64,000 bases of DNA from Eledone cirrhosa (taxonomy: Eukaryota): NCBI GenBank assembly GCA_964016885.1, contig OZ024748.1, forward strand, positions 25,606,001 through 25,670,000, written 5' to 3'. The notes under the pieces are model-generated. The model searched no databases. It was given only the letters and a program-made list of their open reading frames with translations, and was not told the DNA's origin. The position numbers and the translations under genes were made by a program. Shown in pieces: positions 14,048-27,259 of this stretch. Position 1 is the stretch's first letter. Each line of letters opens with the position of its first letter.

Positions 14048-14954
14048 CTGTTTAATGTCTGTTTTCCTTGCCTGCGTGGGTTAGCTGGGTTGTCATGTTT
14101 TGGGGCCAGTCAGGAGCTTACATATTCATCATACATCCCATTAGTGGAATGGTCTCTACAATTGGATGCCTTTCTTAACACCAACCACTTTACACTGTGT
14201 ACTGGGAGAATGTTATCATGTTTATTTATTTTTATAGTTATGAGAGATAAAAACTATCAGATTCCCTTTACTAGTTATATCATGCTACTTATAACTTTAC
14301 TGATTCAACACATGTTTAATAGAACTAACAACAAATATACACAGATATTTGTTGTAAAGATATTTTCTTTACCAACAAAAAAAAAACATTGATTAAATCT
14401 TTCATTCAACTAAATTATATAATAATATACTTGTGGAGAGAATGGAATCAAAGTGCTAAATAGAATTTGCATTATCTGTGTGGTAAAAAATAATTAACTA
14501 AAACAAATAAAATATTATTAATAAATATATGAAATAATAAGTTTCAGGGTTTTTAAAAATTGCACCATTAATAGAAATATCATGTATGCACACATACACA
14601 CACACATACATACAACACACACACACACATATATATAGTAGTGAGTCAGGGCCTGATGACTGAGCTCTTGCCATTTCAACAGTAAATTCCATTATATATA
14701 TACTTCATTCCTGTACCACCCACAAGACACCACATCTATGATAGAAGATACACATGATGTTGAGCGCTTCATCATTTCATTTCATCATTTCATTTTACGT
14801 CCACTTTTCCCTGCTTGCAAGGGTGGGACGGGAACTGATTCTGGCTTGATTTCTACAGCTGGATGCCCTTCCTAACACCAACCTCATTTACAGTGAGTGC
14901 TGGGTGCTTTTTTGCCGTGGCACCTCCACGAATGATAGGGATCCCAGTCCCTAT

Positions 14955-15100
14955 AATCTCATTTCTACAGCTGAGTAAACTGGAGCAACGTGAAATAAAG
15001 TGTCTTGCTCAAGGAAACAACACATCACCCGGCCTGAGAATTGAACTCACAACCTTTCGATTGCAAAGCCAATGCTCTAACCACTAAGCCATGTGCCTCT
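14955..15100 (-). mobile_element. tRNA-derived SINE head with conserved central domain
   Basis: Minus-strand A box TGGCTTAGTGG, B box GAGTTCAATTC, then ccttgagcaagacactt. Relatives at 352-770 (-), 16235-16500 (+), 6190-6490 (+) and 58597-58715 (+). Confidence 0.85.
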
Positions 15101-17110
15101 TCTTTTTTATAATTACTCCACAGGCAACTGATTGGAATGACTGGATCACAAACCCAGCTACCTATTAGTTAAACCATACAATGTAAAGAATATGATATAT
15201 ATATATCACTTTTGTTTTGCAAAAACCCTTATAGTATGTGACAATAAAATATACTAAACACTGGACTCATGCACCATTAGCTAAGACATAAAAAACAACA
15301 ACATCAACAATATAAATATTAGTGTATTTAATGACTATTCTGGGATAAAGTGCATGAAAAATGTCTTACCATCCATTTGATGTCCATGGATGTGAGAGAA
15401 TGGAAGAAAGAGAAGGTAGGTATTAGAGTAATGCTATGAGGAGATGATGACTTAGCTTGAGAGAACAGCTACAATATGATGTAATAGATTGATTAATATA
15501 GCTAAAACATAAATATTATTACAATGGTTGCCCAGCAATTCCTTATCCCTATCCCAACATAAGATGATGACGATGATCGTGATGATGATGACGATGATGA
15601 TGATGATGACAACTATTTACATAACAATTTGATTATTTAGAATTGTGTCATTTTCAACAGTTCAAGTGAAAGGCTTTAATTACTCCATGTGAAAAATTTA
15701 TTTTGGAGAAAACATTTTGAATCTAAATGAAAAGGAAAGGAGCTGATCATCAGATTGGACCAAAGAAAAAACTGTTTCCATAGGTATTTCTATTGCTAAT
15801 ACTATCTGCTATTTGGAACTCTTGCCAGAAGGAGGCAGTATTTAGAATCAGAATGTACAAAACTGAATCAGATACCATAAAGCAACACATTAAACTCTTC
15901 AACAATTCTATCAGTTCACCACATCCCCTGAACTATGAGCCAGAAAAGATGAAAGTTAAAGTTCACTTTAATGGGATTTGAACTCAGAGTCTTGTGAACC
16001 AAGTCAAATACTAGTAAGTGTATCAATTTTCCTTTCTTTTATTTTTTTTTATCACATAACAACCTCCTTAGCACCTTCAATATATGTACAACTGTTCTAC
16101 AATTACCCCCCCCCCCCAAAAAAAAAGATGGGGTGGTGGCTGAAAATGTTCACAAATAGTAACATAAAAGACAATCATAGATAAATAATCTTAATGCAAT
16201 AGTATAATCTCAAGTTTTTAATATGTGACAATAAAGGAATGTGGCCTAGTGTTTAGGGTATTGGACTTAAAATCGTAATGGTGTGGCCTTGTGTTCCTGG
16301 ACTGGGTGGTACATTGTGTTCTTGAACAAACACTTCATATGCGCCACTATACTCAACTGAAAATTAGTATCAGCAAGCTGGGAGTTTAACGCTGCAATGG
16401 ATTCACATCCTGTCCTGGGGGAAGTATTGTACTCTCAGTCACTTAACACAAATGAAGCTGGAATAAGCACCAGTCTAATGAACCTCTGGGCTTGGGACAT
16501 ATATTTTTAATGACAACATTCTTTCACAAGAATATATTAAAACCCAAACTAAACTTACCTTAATGTTTTGTGCCAAATGAAAATATCAGTTATCTGTTCA
16601 GGGGACAACTGACATGATAGATTCTATTTATTTGTATTGATGAGTGTGATTTGATCCCATTCATCAATGCAAAGTGAGAAATATATTACATTTTAAAATA
16701 CAATCAGAAAACATATAAGTCTTGTATTATGAACTGACTCATGTTTAATGCTTTCTCATAGTAAAACACTGCTCTAAAGGACACAGTTGTTCTCAAATTA
16801 TTACATTTACTGAGTATTACAAGCAACTAACAGCTCTGTTAACCTCATTTCACTATCACACTTGGTTGAAAAATTTAAAAAGAAAACCAAAAAGCTTCAA
16901 GATGTCACTGGAAAGAAGTATATCTATAATGGTATAGGAAGATTTTCTTTTCAGTTATTATGTAAAGAATGAAACAAAAAAAGCTTCATTTTGAGAAATT
17001 AGTGAGAAAGAAAAATATGAATGAAACAGAGAGAGTAGCAATAAGAGATGCTGTACGTAGAGGGCCAAATATTTTTCAATTAATCCTTATGATTTAATTT
17101 AAGTGCCTAA

Positions 17111-17351
17111 CCCTTTCATTACCAAACTGCAAGAAACTGCCCCTGGTACTATGATACAAAGCTGTTTGTTTTAAAGTGTTTATATTTATCTAAAAACCTT
17201 CCATTATAATTTTATATTAGAACCTTTGTCAAGTTGTGCTCCGATTAATGAGAAAGTTAGTTATATTATTACAAAATCCTTCCAAATTCCTGATTATTTT
17301 CAAAATAATTTGAAATTCATGTCTTTCATTAGAAATATGGTAATGAAAGGG
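17111..17351. mobile_element. piggyBac-like MITE
   Basis: Perfect 14-bp TIRs CCCTTTCATTACCA / TGGTAATGAAAGGG flanked by CTAA and TTAA. Related copy at 7477-7823. Confidence 0.8.
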
Positions 17352-17433
17352 TTAAAAATAAATAAGAAAATATAAATATTTGAACAAAACAAAGATAAGA
17401 GTGAAGACTTTAATAAAATTATTTTCCACTAAC

Positions 17434-17559
17434 CAGGAGTAATAGAGGAGTTAGAAATCACAATTGCATCCTCCATATTAGTCTGTAGTCGTTGCTGGCC
17501 GTCTCGAAGGCCATCAAATGCTGTTAACATAACATTCTCTTTTTCTTTGGTACTTTTAC
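17434..17559 (-). CDS. AGAP1: AGAP exon, PH insert (GKSTKEKENVMLTAFDGLRDGQQRLQTNMEDAIVISNSSITP)
   Basis: Strong poly-T tract + ttatag, CTG|gttagt, 126 nt, phase 1-1. Open frame bridging the 21934 and 7996 exons; low sequence conservation. Confidence 0.8.
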
Positions 17560-18174
17560 CTATAAAGAAAAAAAAAAAATTATTAAAGGTTTCGCCTTGA
17601 CATAACTGTAAACATATAAGTATGTGAATTTTGTATATCTAATGATAGACGGTATCATCATCATCATCATCATCATCATCATCGTTTAACATCCATGTTC
17701 CACGCTTGCATGGGTTTGGACGGGAGTTTTCCCACTTGAGGCAAGAGTGGTTGTCTTGCTCGCATAGGACTGTCTGGCAGGTTTTCTACAGCTGGGTGCC
17801 CTTCCTAACACCAACCACATTTACAGTGCGGAACTGGGAGGTTTTTACCGTGTTACCTACACGGCCACATTACAGCGTGGACTGTGTGTATTTTTGTCGT
17901 GACACCTACACGATATGTTTACGAATAAACATTTTGAAAGCCCTTTAGCTAAGAATTTTTGCAGAAGAGGATAACTGTCAAGGCATTTCTGGCTTATGGC
18001 TGTCATTAGGACAGTGCTTCCCCCACCGTTTTCTGCTGGAATTTGATACAGGTGAAAATATATAGTTTTTCACCTATGTACATAGGCTGATCAGCCTCAT
18101 TTGGAAATGGAGCAGTCAGGCTGGCTAAGCCTGGAAATAGAATTAAAGTTTTCTCTCCAAAATAGCTGTATACA

Positions 18175-18489
18175 TATAAGTATGTGAATTTTGTATGTCT
18201 AATGATATATGGTATGTTTACGAATGAACATTTTGAAAGCCTTTTAGCTATGAATTTTTGATGGCTAGTGGCATCTAGGGGATTCCAGCAGAGAGCAGGA
18301 TGGGGGACCACTGTCCTGATGATACTCATAAACCAGAAACATGTTGAGAGTTATCTTCTACTGTTTCTGCTGGAATATGCTAGATGGCGCTAGCTGTCAG
18401 CTTTCAAAAATTCATAGCTGAGGGACTTTAAAATGTTTATTTGTAAACATACCGTATATCATTAGATATACAAAATTCACGTACTTATA
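18175..18489. mobile_element. Inverted-repeat element with ~87-bp TIRs enclosing a hammerhead-like core
   Basis: 18175-18261 is an imperfect reverse complement of 18404-18489. Another copy of the arm at 17615-17965 is split by an RTE insertion. Confidence 0.75.
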
Positions 18490-18771
18490 ATAATAATAAT
18501 TGTTTCTACTTTTGGCACAAGGCCAGCAATTATCCTAGTGCATAAAAATGGTTTCTGATGTAGGCACAAGATCATCAAATTTTTGGGGATGGAGAAAGTT
18601 GATTAAATCGACCCTAGTCCATTACTGGTATTTTATTTTATCAACCTGTTAAGGATGAAAGGCAAAGCTAGCCTCGGCAGAATTTGAACTCAGAACTTAA
18701 AGGGACATCACTAAATGCTGTAAAGCATGTCTAAGACTCTACTGATACTGTCAATCTGCTACCCTTTATAA

Positions 18772-19380
18772 TCATCATCATCACCGTTTTACATCCATTC
18801 TTCCACGCTAGCATGGGTTAGATGAGTTGTCCTGTTGTGGGCAATGCCAGGTCAGGTGACCATGTCTTGCTCATACAGAACTGATTTTGGCTTCTCCAGC
18901 TGAATGCCTTTCCTAACACCAAACTCATTTACAATGAGTACTGGGTGCTTTTTTACCGTGGTGCCTACATGACCACTTTACAGTGTGGACTGGGTCCTTT
19001 TGTCATGACACCTACACAACCACTTTACAATGGGAGGCGAGTGGGGCCATATTGTCTATATGCTTCAGCTTTGGCTTGTACCCGTTGGAAGTCGGGTCTT
19101 CTGTATTACTGCGTAACGCCAGATGTCTCGGTCCTGTGTCATCGCCTTTGAGAAGTGCAATTGGGTAAGATCAGCTTTTATCACCTCATCCCAGGCCTTC
19201 TTGGGTCTCTTCACTCCAAGGCTTCCATCGACTTTTAGCGCTCTGCACCTTTTTATGCAGCGTCACCCTTCATACGCATCACATGTACATACCAACGCAA
19301 CCTCCTCTCCTGCACATAGCATTTGATTCCTCTTATGCCAAGTCTTTCTCTCAATTCGTTTATGCTTTGCCATTCATGTA
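18772..19380 (-). mobile_element. RTE 3'-end copy including ORF terminus
   Basis: Same UTR as 1930-2335 plus degenerate RR.RWY.HVMRM and RP.K.WDEV coding sequence. Confidence 0.85.
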
Positions 19381-19399
19381 TATTACAATTACTACAACT

Positions 19400-20765
19400 A
19401 CTAATAATTATTATTATTTATTTTTATTTGCCACAAGGGCCAACAATAAGGGGACAATACAATAGACAGGGACATGGGGGGGGGGTGTTACACTGAAATC
19501 AAGAAGAAAGAAATTAACAAACAAATAACAATGAACAAAAGAATTACAACAATGAAAATTCCCCAATAAGGGGGTGAGGACTACCCAGTGTGAACTAGGA
19601 ACCCCACAAAACCTAAACCACCCGACGCTTGAAAAGGACCCTAGGAGAGCGCCCCTATCCTCTCTAAATTAGCCAGCCTTCAGGTGCATGCTCAGAGTAG
19701 GTCCTTTCACACAGGTCATTCTTGCAACATTCACCTACCTTTTAGAAAATGTACTGGTGGGGGGGTCAGCACTTCTCACTCCTTCAGCACTTCTCACTCC
19801 TTCCTCACTTCCTTTCCAAGTGAAACTTGAAATGGTTGATGTGGGATTGGCCGAAGAGAAAAGTATCTCTCTTTAGTCCTTTGAACCTGGTCCACCAAAC
19901 AACCTCTTTCACTGTGGCCACCAGATAAAAGAAAATTGCCTGCCTTTTCCGGCCCCAAAAAGGTGGTAGGGTGATCTTCACTAAGCACTCAGTCGATAGC
20001 TGGATCAGTCCTACCTGCTGTTTGACATGGCTCCACAAGTCAGTAATGCATAGACACTGGACAAGTGCATGCAGAATGGTTTTATCGCTCTGCGCACATC
20101 TCAGGCAGGTCCATCTAACAGCACTTCCATATCTGTAGAGTTTATCTTGAACTGGCAATGCTCCCCAGTAGCACTGCCAAGTGAGGGATTTCTGAAAATT
20201 ATCCATAGTCCCCAGCTTGAAAGTCATCTAAAACAGACAGGTCAGTTTAATTTCATCAACGCCCAAAGCTTCTCCGAGAGCATCATCGGGTTTGCCCACC
20301 ATTAATCTTCTATAGAACTCAAGAGTGGAATATCCACTGACCGTATTGCCTGCGTGTGCCTGGCAACATTCCAGATGCTAGGCACCAAGTCTCGGTCTCT
20401 TCTTCACCCAGGATGCAGCTCAGTCAAAGAGATGAGCAGCGGAAAGGCCTGTCTCACAAACGGAGACCACACCTGTTCATCGTTTAAGAATATTTGAAGA
20501 TGCCATAGCCTCAATGTGTGCTTGCGTATCATCAGCAACGGCAAGCCCAGCCATCCACGTAGAGGGTGCTGGCAGTAGATAGACCACCTCACCAATGGAA
20601 TCTGTGTCTTCCACAAAAAGTGGAGGAGCAGATGTTCCAACTTGGTGAGTTGTGAACAGGGGCAAGGCACAATGGTCAGATGGTAGATGACTGACACGAT
20701 GTACACGTTCACTCTGCCTTTCAGGGATAGCTTGCCCTTGGCCCATTTCTGGATGAGAATGGCTA
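19400..20765 (-). mobile_element. L1/Tx1-like LINE 3' remnant, frameshifted
   Basis: Peptides W..GKLSLKGR, FLWK, GWLGLP and the C-terminal zinc finger C..C...TI.H...C; (TAA)n-like tail near 19400-19430. Confidence 0.85.
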
Positions 20766-21933
20766 TCCCACTCATTACTTCCTTTATATTTAATAAATTA
20801 TTGATGTTCTGATATAAAGTGAAGTCAGTTGGGCAAAAGAGAGACCAGTAATGCAACATTAAATTTAACTAGTTACAAAATATAATCGTAGATATCACAG
20901 TAAGTAGCAAGATTTCACTATTTCATACTTGCAATGAGAAAGGTGTTTAACTCTTAATATCCTGTACCATATGAAACCACATTAGCAAAATATTCTTGAA
21001 AAATACAAAACAGCATTGTGACTGCATGACATTAAAAAGTGTTTACTCTAATACTACAAACTTCGACAATGATCTGTCCACTAGTAAAAATTGAAGTGTT
21101 TATTCTAATACTGCAAAATTTCGCAATGACCAGTCCACTGGTAAAGATACTATAAACATTTGAATTAACAAACCACATGAAACCACAAAAAAACTCCCTA
21201 ATGTCTTAAAGATGAAATAGACTACATTTGAAAATAATATGAAAGAGTCACTCTTGGTATTAGGTCTACCTGATCTCAGCAATACATACAAACACACACA
21301 GCTAGTAACTATTTAACCATCTACTTTACTAATCTAACAACAAAAGAAGCCGGATGAATAACATAAATATTTCAATCACATCACAACAGCCTCTCCAGTG
21401 CTGGTGCCATGAAAAATACAACCAGTAAACATTGTAAGGTGGTTGGTGAAAGAAAAGGAATCCTGCAGTAGAAACCATGCTAAAAAGGGTTGAGGGATCC
21501 TATAGTTGTGTCAAAGATATGATTCTGTAGAATGTAGGAGCGAGATGCAGCCCCGGCCAATCTGAGAGATTAGTAGCTTCAATTAAGTACTGACTTGGCT
21601 TGTAATGACCCTTCAACCCTTGTTAGCAGGGATAACAGATATTAAATAATGATAATGGTGGTGGTGGTGGTGGATGTGTTACTACTGTAAAGGAATGACA
21701 AGCTGAATAAGCCTTTCCATCAACAACAATCAGAAACATGATTTCAAGATCTTTTTAAACATACAAAGTTTACCTATAAATGCAAGCTGATAAAAACAAG
21801 CTGGTTCAAAAATCAGAAATATCAAATCCCAAGTTAGTGCTAATTAGACTTTGGTGAAATTTCAACTTCCAATATAATTTGCAGAGTGTTTTTAAGGGGT
21901 AAAATATTTCTAATACTAGAGCATAGAAAATAC

Positions 21934-22072
21934 CATTAGTTGTCATACTTGCTGGCCCCATTACAGATGGATTGGTTGATATTCCACGACTGCCCTTTGG
22001 CCGCAGACCAGGAATTTTTACTGTCGTCCGCACTAAATTTATCTCTTTACCATGCACTTCATCCATATAGTC
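21934..22072 (-). CDS. AGAP1: AGAP exon, PH domain (DYMDEVHGKEINLVRTTVKIPGLRPKGSRGISTNPSVMGPASMTTN)
   Basis: ttaccag / G|gtattt, 139 nt, phase 0-1. Matches the AGAP motif 'DYM..VHGKEI.L.RTTVK.PG.RP'. Confidence 0.96.
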
Positions 22073-22136
22073 CTGGTAATAAAAAAAAATATATATTATA
22101 AAAGGAAATTAAAATAATTCTTTTAAAATTATCATT

Positions 22137-22199
<63 letters not shown>

Positions 22200-22627
22200 C
22201 ACACACACACACATAAAATAGTTTAGACAAGTTGATAATACAACCATATAAGGCAGAATAATTCTAAGCTCAAATGTGATTTTATAGTCCACAGCAAGAT
22301 AAGTAAAAGACAGTTCAGAGTTTAATCTAATTGGTTAATTTCCAATCACAGTAGTTTTACAATAAAACAGACCATATATAAAAAGCATAAAAATAACCAG
22401 GATTAGATGACACTAAATTATTTAATTGATTTACAAATGTTTCTATCAATATAGTAAGAAATTCAATTTCTTCCTCTGTACTGATTTCTTCAGAATCTAT
22501 TAAACAACATATCACAATTACCAATGATGTCTGAACATCTCCAGTCCGAAAATGTAGAGAGGAAAATATCATATTTTTTACTGTATTAATAGAAACGTTT
22601 ATAAATCAACTAAATAATTTTATTCTT

Positions 22628-22659
<32 letters not shown>

Positions 22660-22805
22660 TACACACAAATAATAATAATAATAATACGTCCTGAATATCT
22701 GAGGCTGCAGGTAGCGGCTTGATATTCATTTCAACAAACTTTCCAGTTAAATAACATCAATGACTGAGACTCAAAAAACAATAATAATAATAATAATAAT
22801 AAAAA

Positions 22806-23145
22806 AAGAAAAATATGGAAGTTGAGAACTAAAACAATACCAGTAGTTGTAGGCGCTCTAGAAATGTTACCTAAGGGGTCTAATGATTACTTATCGCAAA
22901 TCCCAGGAAACCCGCGTATAGGAGAAATACAAAAAGTAGTACTAATGGGAACTGCTCATATACTAAGGAATATTCTGTCAATATAAATACATCACAAGTC
23001 TAAACACCTAAAGATGCATGTGTGTCTATGTATGTTCTTTCTTGAACATGGCAGACCTTGTTGTCTCTTGGTTGTGACTTGGTGATAACTTGTATGAACA
23101 TAAAGCAAGATAAATGCAACTATAATAATAATAATAATAATAATA
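22806..23145 (+). mobile_element. 3' end of R4/Dong-like LINE between (TAA)n tracts
   Basis: Translates KIWKLRTKTIPVVVGAL...EIQKVVLMGTAHILRNILSI*, typical of the RLE-LINE C-terminus, followed by UTR and (TAA)n. Confidence 0.85.
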
Positions 23146-23146
23146 A

Positions 23147-24295
23147 AATCACTGGAAGCTGTAGAAGTTAATATTAATTGTGGAATTTTTCAGGGTGACT
23201 CTTTATCACCGCTTTTATTCTGCATCGCACTTATACCATTAAGTAAAATGCTCAATGAAACAAAACATGGATATAAAGTCTATGACTTATCTAGGTGTTT
23301 ATGAGGGATATGTAATCAAGCACTCGACAATGAGGGAAAGGATAAGGAAGGAATGTTACCGCAGAGTAAGAGCAATCTTAAGAACGGAGTTGAATGCAAG
23401 GAATAGGATCAATGCCATAAACACACTTGCCATACCAGTAGTAACTTACAGTTTCAATGTCATCAACTGGTCAAGCACAGAGATCCGTACGCTCGATACA
23501 AAAATTAGAAGATTCTTAACCATGCACAGAATGCATCACCCTAAGGCAGATACAGATAGAATATATCTCCCTAGGAAAGAAGGAGGACATGGATTAATCC
23601 AGTTAGATACTGCTTTGAAAACTGCAACAATTGGATTATCTACATATCTAAGGGAATCACATGATTGGATGATCAAACTCGTTTTGAAACATGAAAGCAT
23701 CAAAAGATCATACTCCATTACAAAAGATGCACAAAGATTCAGTAATGAACTACAAATTTCAGAAGTTCCCTTTACTGCTGAAATGAAAAACACAGAAAAA
23801 GCAAAGCAGGTAAAAGTAACTGCAAAGAAAGAACTGCTATAGAAACTGGCTAAGAAATGGCAAGAAAAGCTTCTGTATGGAAAATACCCAGAAAGAGCTA
23901 ACAATCCTGATGTTGACAAAACTTTAACCCATCAGTGGTTGGCATCCTCTGGACTGAAATTGGAGACTGAGGACTGATTATATCAGCACAAGATCAGTGT
24001 CTGCCAAACAAAATAAAAAATGGATGCAAAAACAACCAGAGACCATTGATCATATAATTTTAATGTGCAGTCCTATAGCTCCAACCGAATACCTAAACAG
24101 GCACGACAGTGCTGCACAATACATACACTGCGTAATGTGTAAGCATTTTGACCTACCCCATCAAAAGAATTGGAGGGCGCATCAACCACCTCCCATACTT
24201 GAAAAAGATCACATCTCAATCTTGTGGAACTTTAGCATCCAAACAGACCAAAAAATAGATGCAAATAGACCTGATATAATACTGAAGGACTTTAA
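23147..24295 (+). mobile_element. R4/Dong-like (restriction-like endonuclease) LINE fragment, internally deleted
   Basis: GIFQGDSLSPLLF RT motif, YLGV, RIYLPRKEGG.GL, a CCHC remnant (ETIDHII..C), RHD and NRPDII motifs; begins at (TAA)n. Confidence 0.88.
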
Positions 24296-24379
24296 TGTTA
24301 TTTTAATAAATATTTGCTGTATGGTTTTATATATTTTATATATATATTATCCTTATCGAGTCCTCTTCGGATCTTAGTC

Positions 24380-24612
24380 TTCACATGGTTGATAGCTTCC
24401 GATACCTAGGTGATCAGATTAGCATTGTTCCGAGGCCATAGTATCTAGAATAAGGATGGAGTCGGAAGAAGTTTAGGGAGCTGCTTCCTCTGTTGACAAA
24501 GAAGGGTTTCTCCCTGCGTACGAAAGGCCGGTTATATGATGCCTGTGTAGGATGCATGGTAGTGAGACATGGGCAGCAACTGCAGAGGATAAGCGACGGC
24601 TGGAGAGAAACT
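24380..24612 (+). mobile_element. RTE internal fragment
   Basis: Diverged match to 30930-31175 (DSFRYLGD, HGSETWA, RRLERN). Confidence 0.8.
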
Positions 24613-24709
24613 GATCAACCAGTCTGTTAATATGCAAATCAGGCCGATCAGTCACTGTATATTTTAGAAAATATCATATATTTTCACTAGCTCTGACAGT
24701 TGGCAGGGG

Positions 24710-24769
24710 AACAGTAAACTGTACTGATGAAGGGTAATACCCAGAAACATTAGTGTCTGCAGTTCTGTT
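24710..24769 (+). ncRNA. Minimal type I hammerhead ribozyme-like motif
   Basis: Stem I aactgta/tgcagtt plus aacag/ctgtt; CTGATGA at 24724; stem II gggt/accc; GAAAC at 24744; near-palindromic stem III acattagtgt; GTC triplet at 24755-24757. Confidence 0.75.
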
Positions 24770-25966
24770 TACATGCCAACACAAGAGCAAGAATGAGGGG
24801 CTCATTCTACTGACATGGCTTTAAAAATGAGGTTTGTTTGCATAATTGCAAACAAATCGAGTCGATAAAATAAAGTACCAGTAATGCACTGGGTAATTGC
24901 TGGCCTTGTGCCTAAAGTAGAAACAATTATTAATATTAAAAAAACTCAGATTACATTACATATATATATATACTATAAAAGGAAAATAATTTTTTTTTCA
25001 AAATCTATTATTAACAAAAACAAAATATTCTTTGAAAATAGTCAAAGTAAAATGAAGTAAGCAATTAGAATGAAGAGTCTCATAAATGTAATATTTTCCT
25101 TTAACTTGTTAATGTCATGTATCACATGCAACCGTATTACATACAAGACAGTCTTCAAAAGTAAAAAGGAAACAGGTCCATGTCTGTATCACATCAAAAA
25201 TTGAAGTCTTTAGTTTACTGTAAATTTTTACAAGCTCTTCACTTGTAAAGATACTATAAACATTTGAATTAACAAACCCATTTTAAGATATTTTCTGCTA
25301 AATAATTACAGTATGTTAAGAGTTAAAATACCTAACACTTTGGCGACCATATTCCTCATGAAAACCTCTACATTTCAATTCATTAATGAAGAATTTGGAG
25401 GGATTTACTCAAACTAATTATTTCATTAACCCTTAATATTCTGAATTAGTAGAAAAAATACATTTTGTTGTCAAAAACCTAAATCATCATGAAAATTATT
25501 GCAAAGTTTTAACCAATCTAAAATTCACCTTGAAGTTACATAATGATGATCATCACCATTTAACGTCTGTTTTCTCTGTTAGCATGGGTTGGATAGGTTG
25601 TCACTGACCTAGTCAGTACTTAATCAAAGCTGGGGCAGGGGTTTGCTTCTCACTGACATACATCCCTGCACTTGACAGAGAGCACCAGGAGCACTTGATT
25701 GTGACCCCAGCAGGGAGGTTATCATGTCTTCAACACAGATGAAGAGTCAAATCCTCCTAACAGGTTTTCTATGGCTGGATAACTTTCCTATCACCACCCA
25801 CTTTACAGAGTGTACTGGGTGTAATTATTGTATCGATCAGTAACACTAGAGAGATTATTGTGCTCTTGACACAACTAAGCATCCTTATTATGTTGACAGA
25901 GGAGTTAACCATGCTAGATTTACCATAATAAACAAGATCATTACATAAATATCATTAGGTACTTAC

Positions 25967-26068
25967 ATGTAAACTGGGATGATAGGTCAATCTGCCATCA
26001 TCTAACAAAGCCACATACTTTTTCTTCCATTCTTTATTCAAGCCATGGCTTCGTTTATATAAATAACC
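25967..26068 (-). CDS. AGAP1: AGAP exon, PH domain start ([34 protein letters not shown])
   Basis: cattcag / CAT|gtaagt, 102 nt, phase 0-0. Matches the AGAP motif '[11 protein letters not shown]...G.LTYHPSLH'. Confidence 0.97.
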
Positions 26069-26312
26069 CTGAATGAAAAGACATGAAAACAGGTTTTTAT
26101 ATATTTATATATATATATATATAGTGTAGTGTAATTTGGTAACGAATATAGAAAGTTGGGAGAGCACAGAATTCATGGGACAAATTGTGGTATATTTACA
26201 AAATGCTGTCAATAGAGGCTGAGGATATATGCAGTCCAAGAAACATTTGTACCTAAGTGACAACATAGTTAGTGTAATAAGTCTCTCTCTCTGTCTGTAT
26301 ATATATATATAT

Positions 26313-27259
26313 ATCATCATCATCATCATCGTTTAACGTCCGTGTTCCACGCTTGCATGGGTTTGGACGGAGGGTTTTCCCACTTGAGGCAAGAGTGGTT
26401 ATCTTGCTCGCATAGGACTATCTGGCGGGTTTTCTACAGCTGGATGCCCTTCCTAACACCAACCACATTTACAGTGTGGGGCTGGGAGGTTTTTACCGTG
26501 TTGCCTACACGGCCACATTACAGCGTGAACTGTGTGTTTTTTTGACGTGACACCTACACGATCTCATTTGTTTCGGCCTGGATGTTGTGGCACCAACATA
26601 ACTTTACATTGAAAGGGGCGGTGTGGATGGGGTGGGGTGGGTGATACGGGGGTGTATTTTGTTAGAGATGCCTACTGACTGTAGTAGGTTTTACTTTGTA
26701 TTTAGGTAAGGCGGGTCTTCTCTATTACTGAGTACCGCCAAAGGTCTCGGTCCAGTGACATTGTCTTGGTGAGGTGTAAGTGTGTGAGGTCGGAATTTAT
26801 CAGCTCGTCCCAGGTTTTTCTGGGTCTGCCTATTCCGTGGCTACCGTCTATCTTTATTGCCCTGCACTTTGTTATACAGCTATCGTCCTTCATGCGCATC
26901 ACGTGACCATACCAACGTAGCCTTCTCTCGAGTAAACAACATCTGATCCCTCTTATTTCTAATTTTTTCCTTAGTTCGTTTATGCTTTGCCGTTCACGTA
27001 TATTACTATTACACATCCAGCGGAGCATGCAAGCTTCGTTTCTCTCTAGTCTGTGTATATCCTCTGCACACAATGCCCAGGTCTCACTGCCATGCAACAT
27101 TGCTGTTCGTATGCAGGCATCGTACAACCTGCCTTTCATTTTTAGGGAGAACCCTTTAGCGGCTAATAGTGGTATGAGCTCTCTGAACTTTTTCCACCCA
27201 GTTCTGACTCTAGCTACTGTACTTTCAGAGCACCCCCCCACTGCTGATTTTGTCACCCA
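26313..27259 (-). mobile_element. 3' ~0.95 kb copy of the same RTE family, inverted
   Basis: Translation nearly identical to the C-terminus of the 29643-31508 ORF; same 3' UTR and (GAT)n tail; inserted in (TA)n. Confidence 0.95.
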
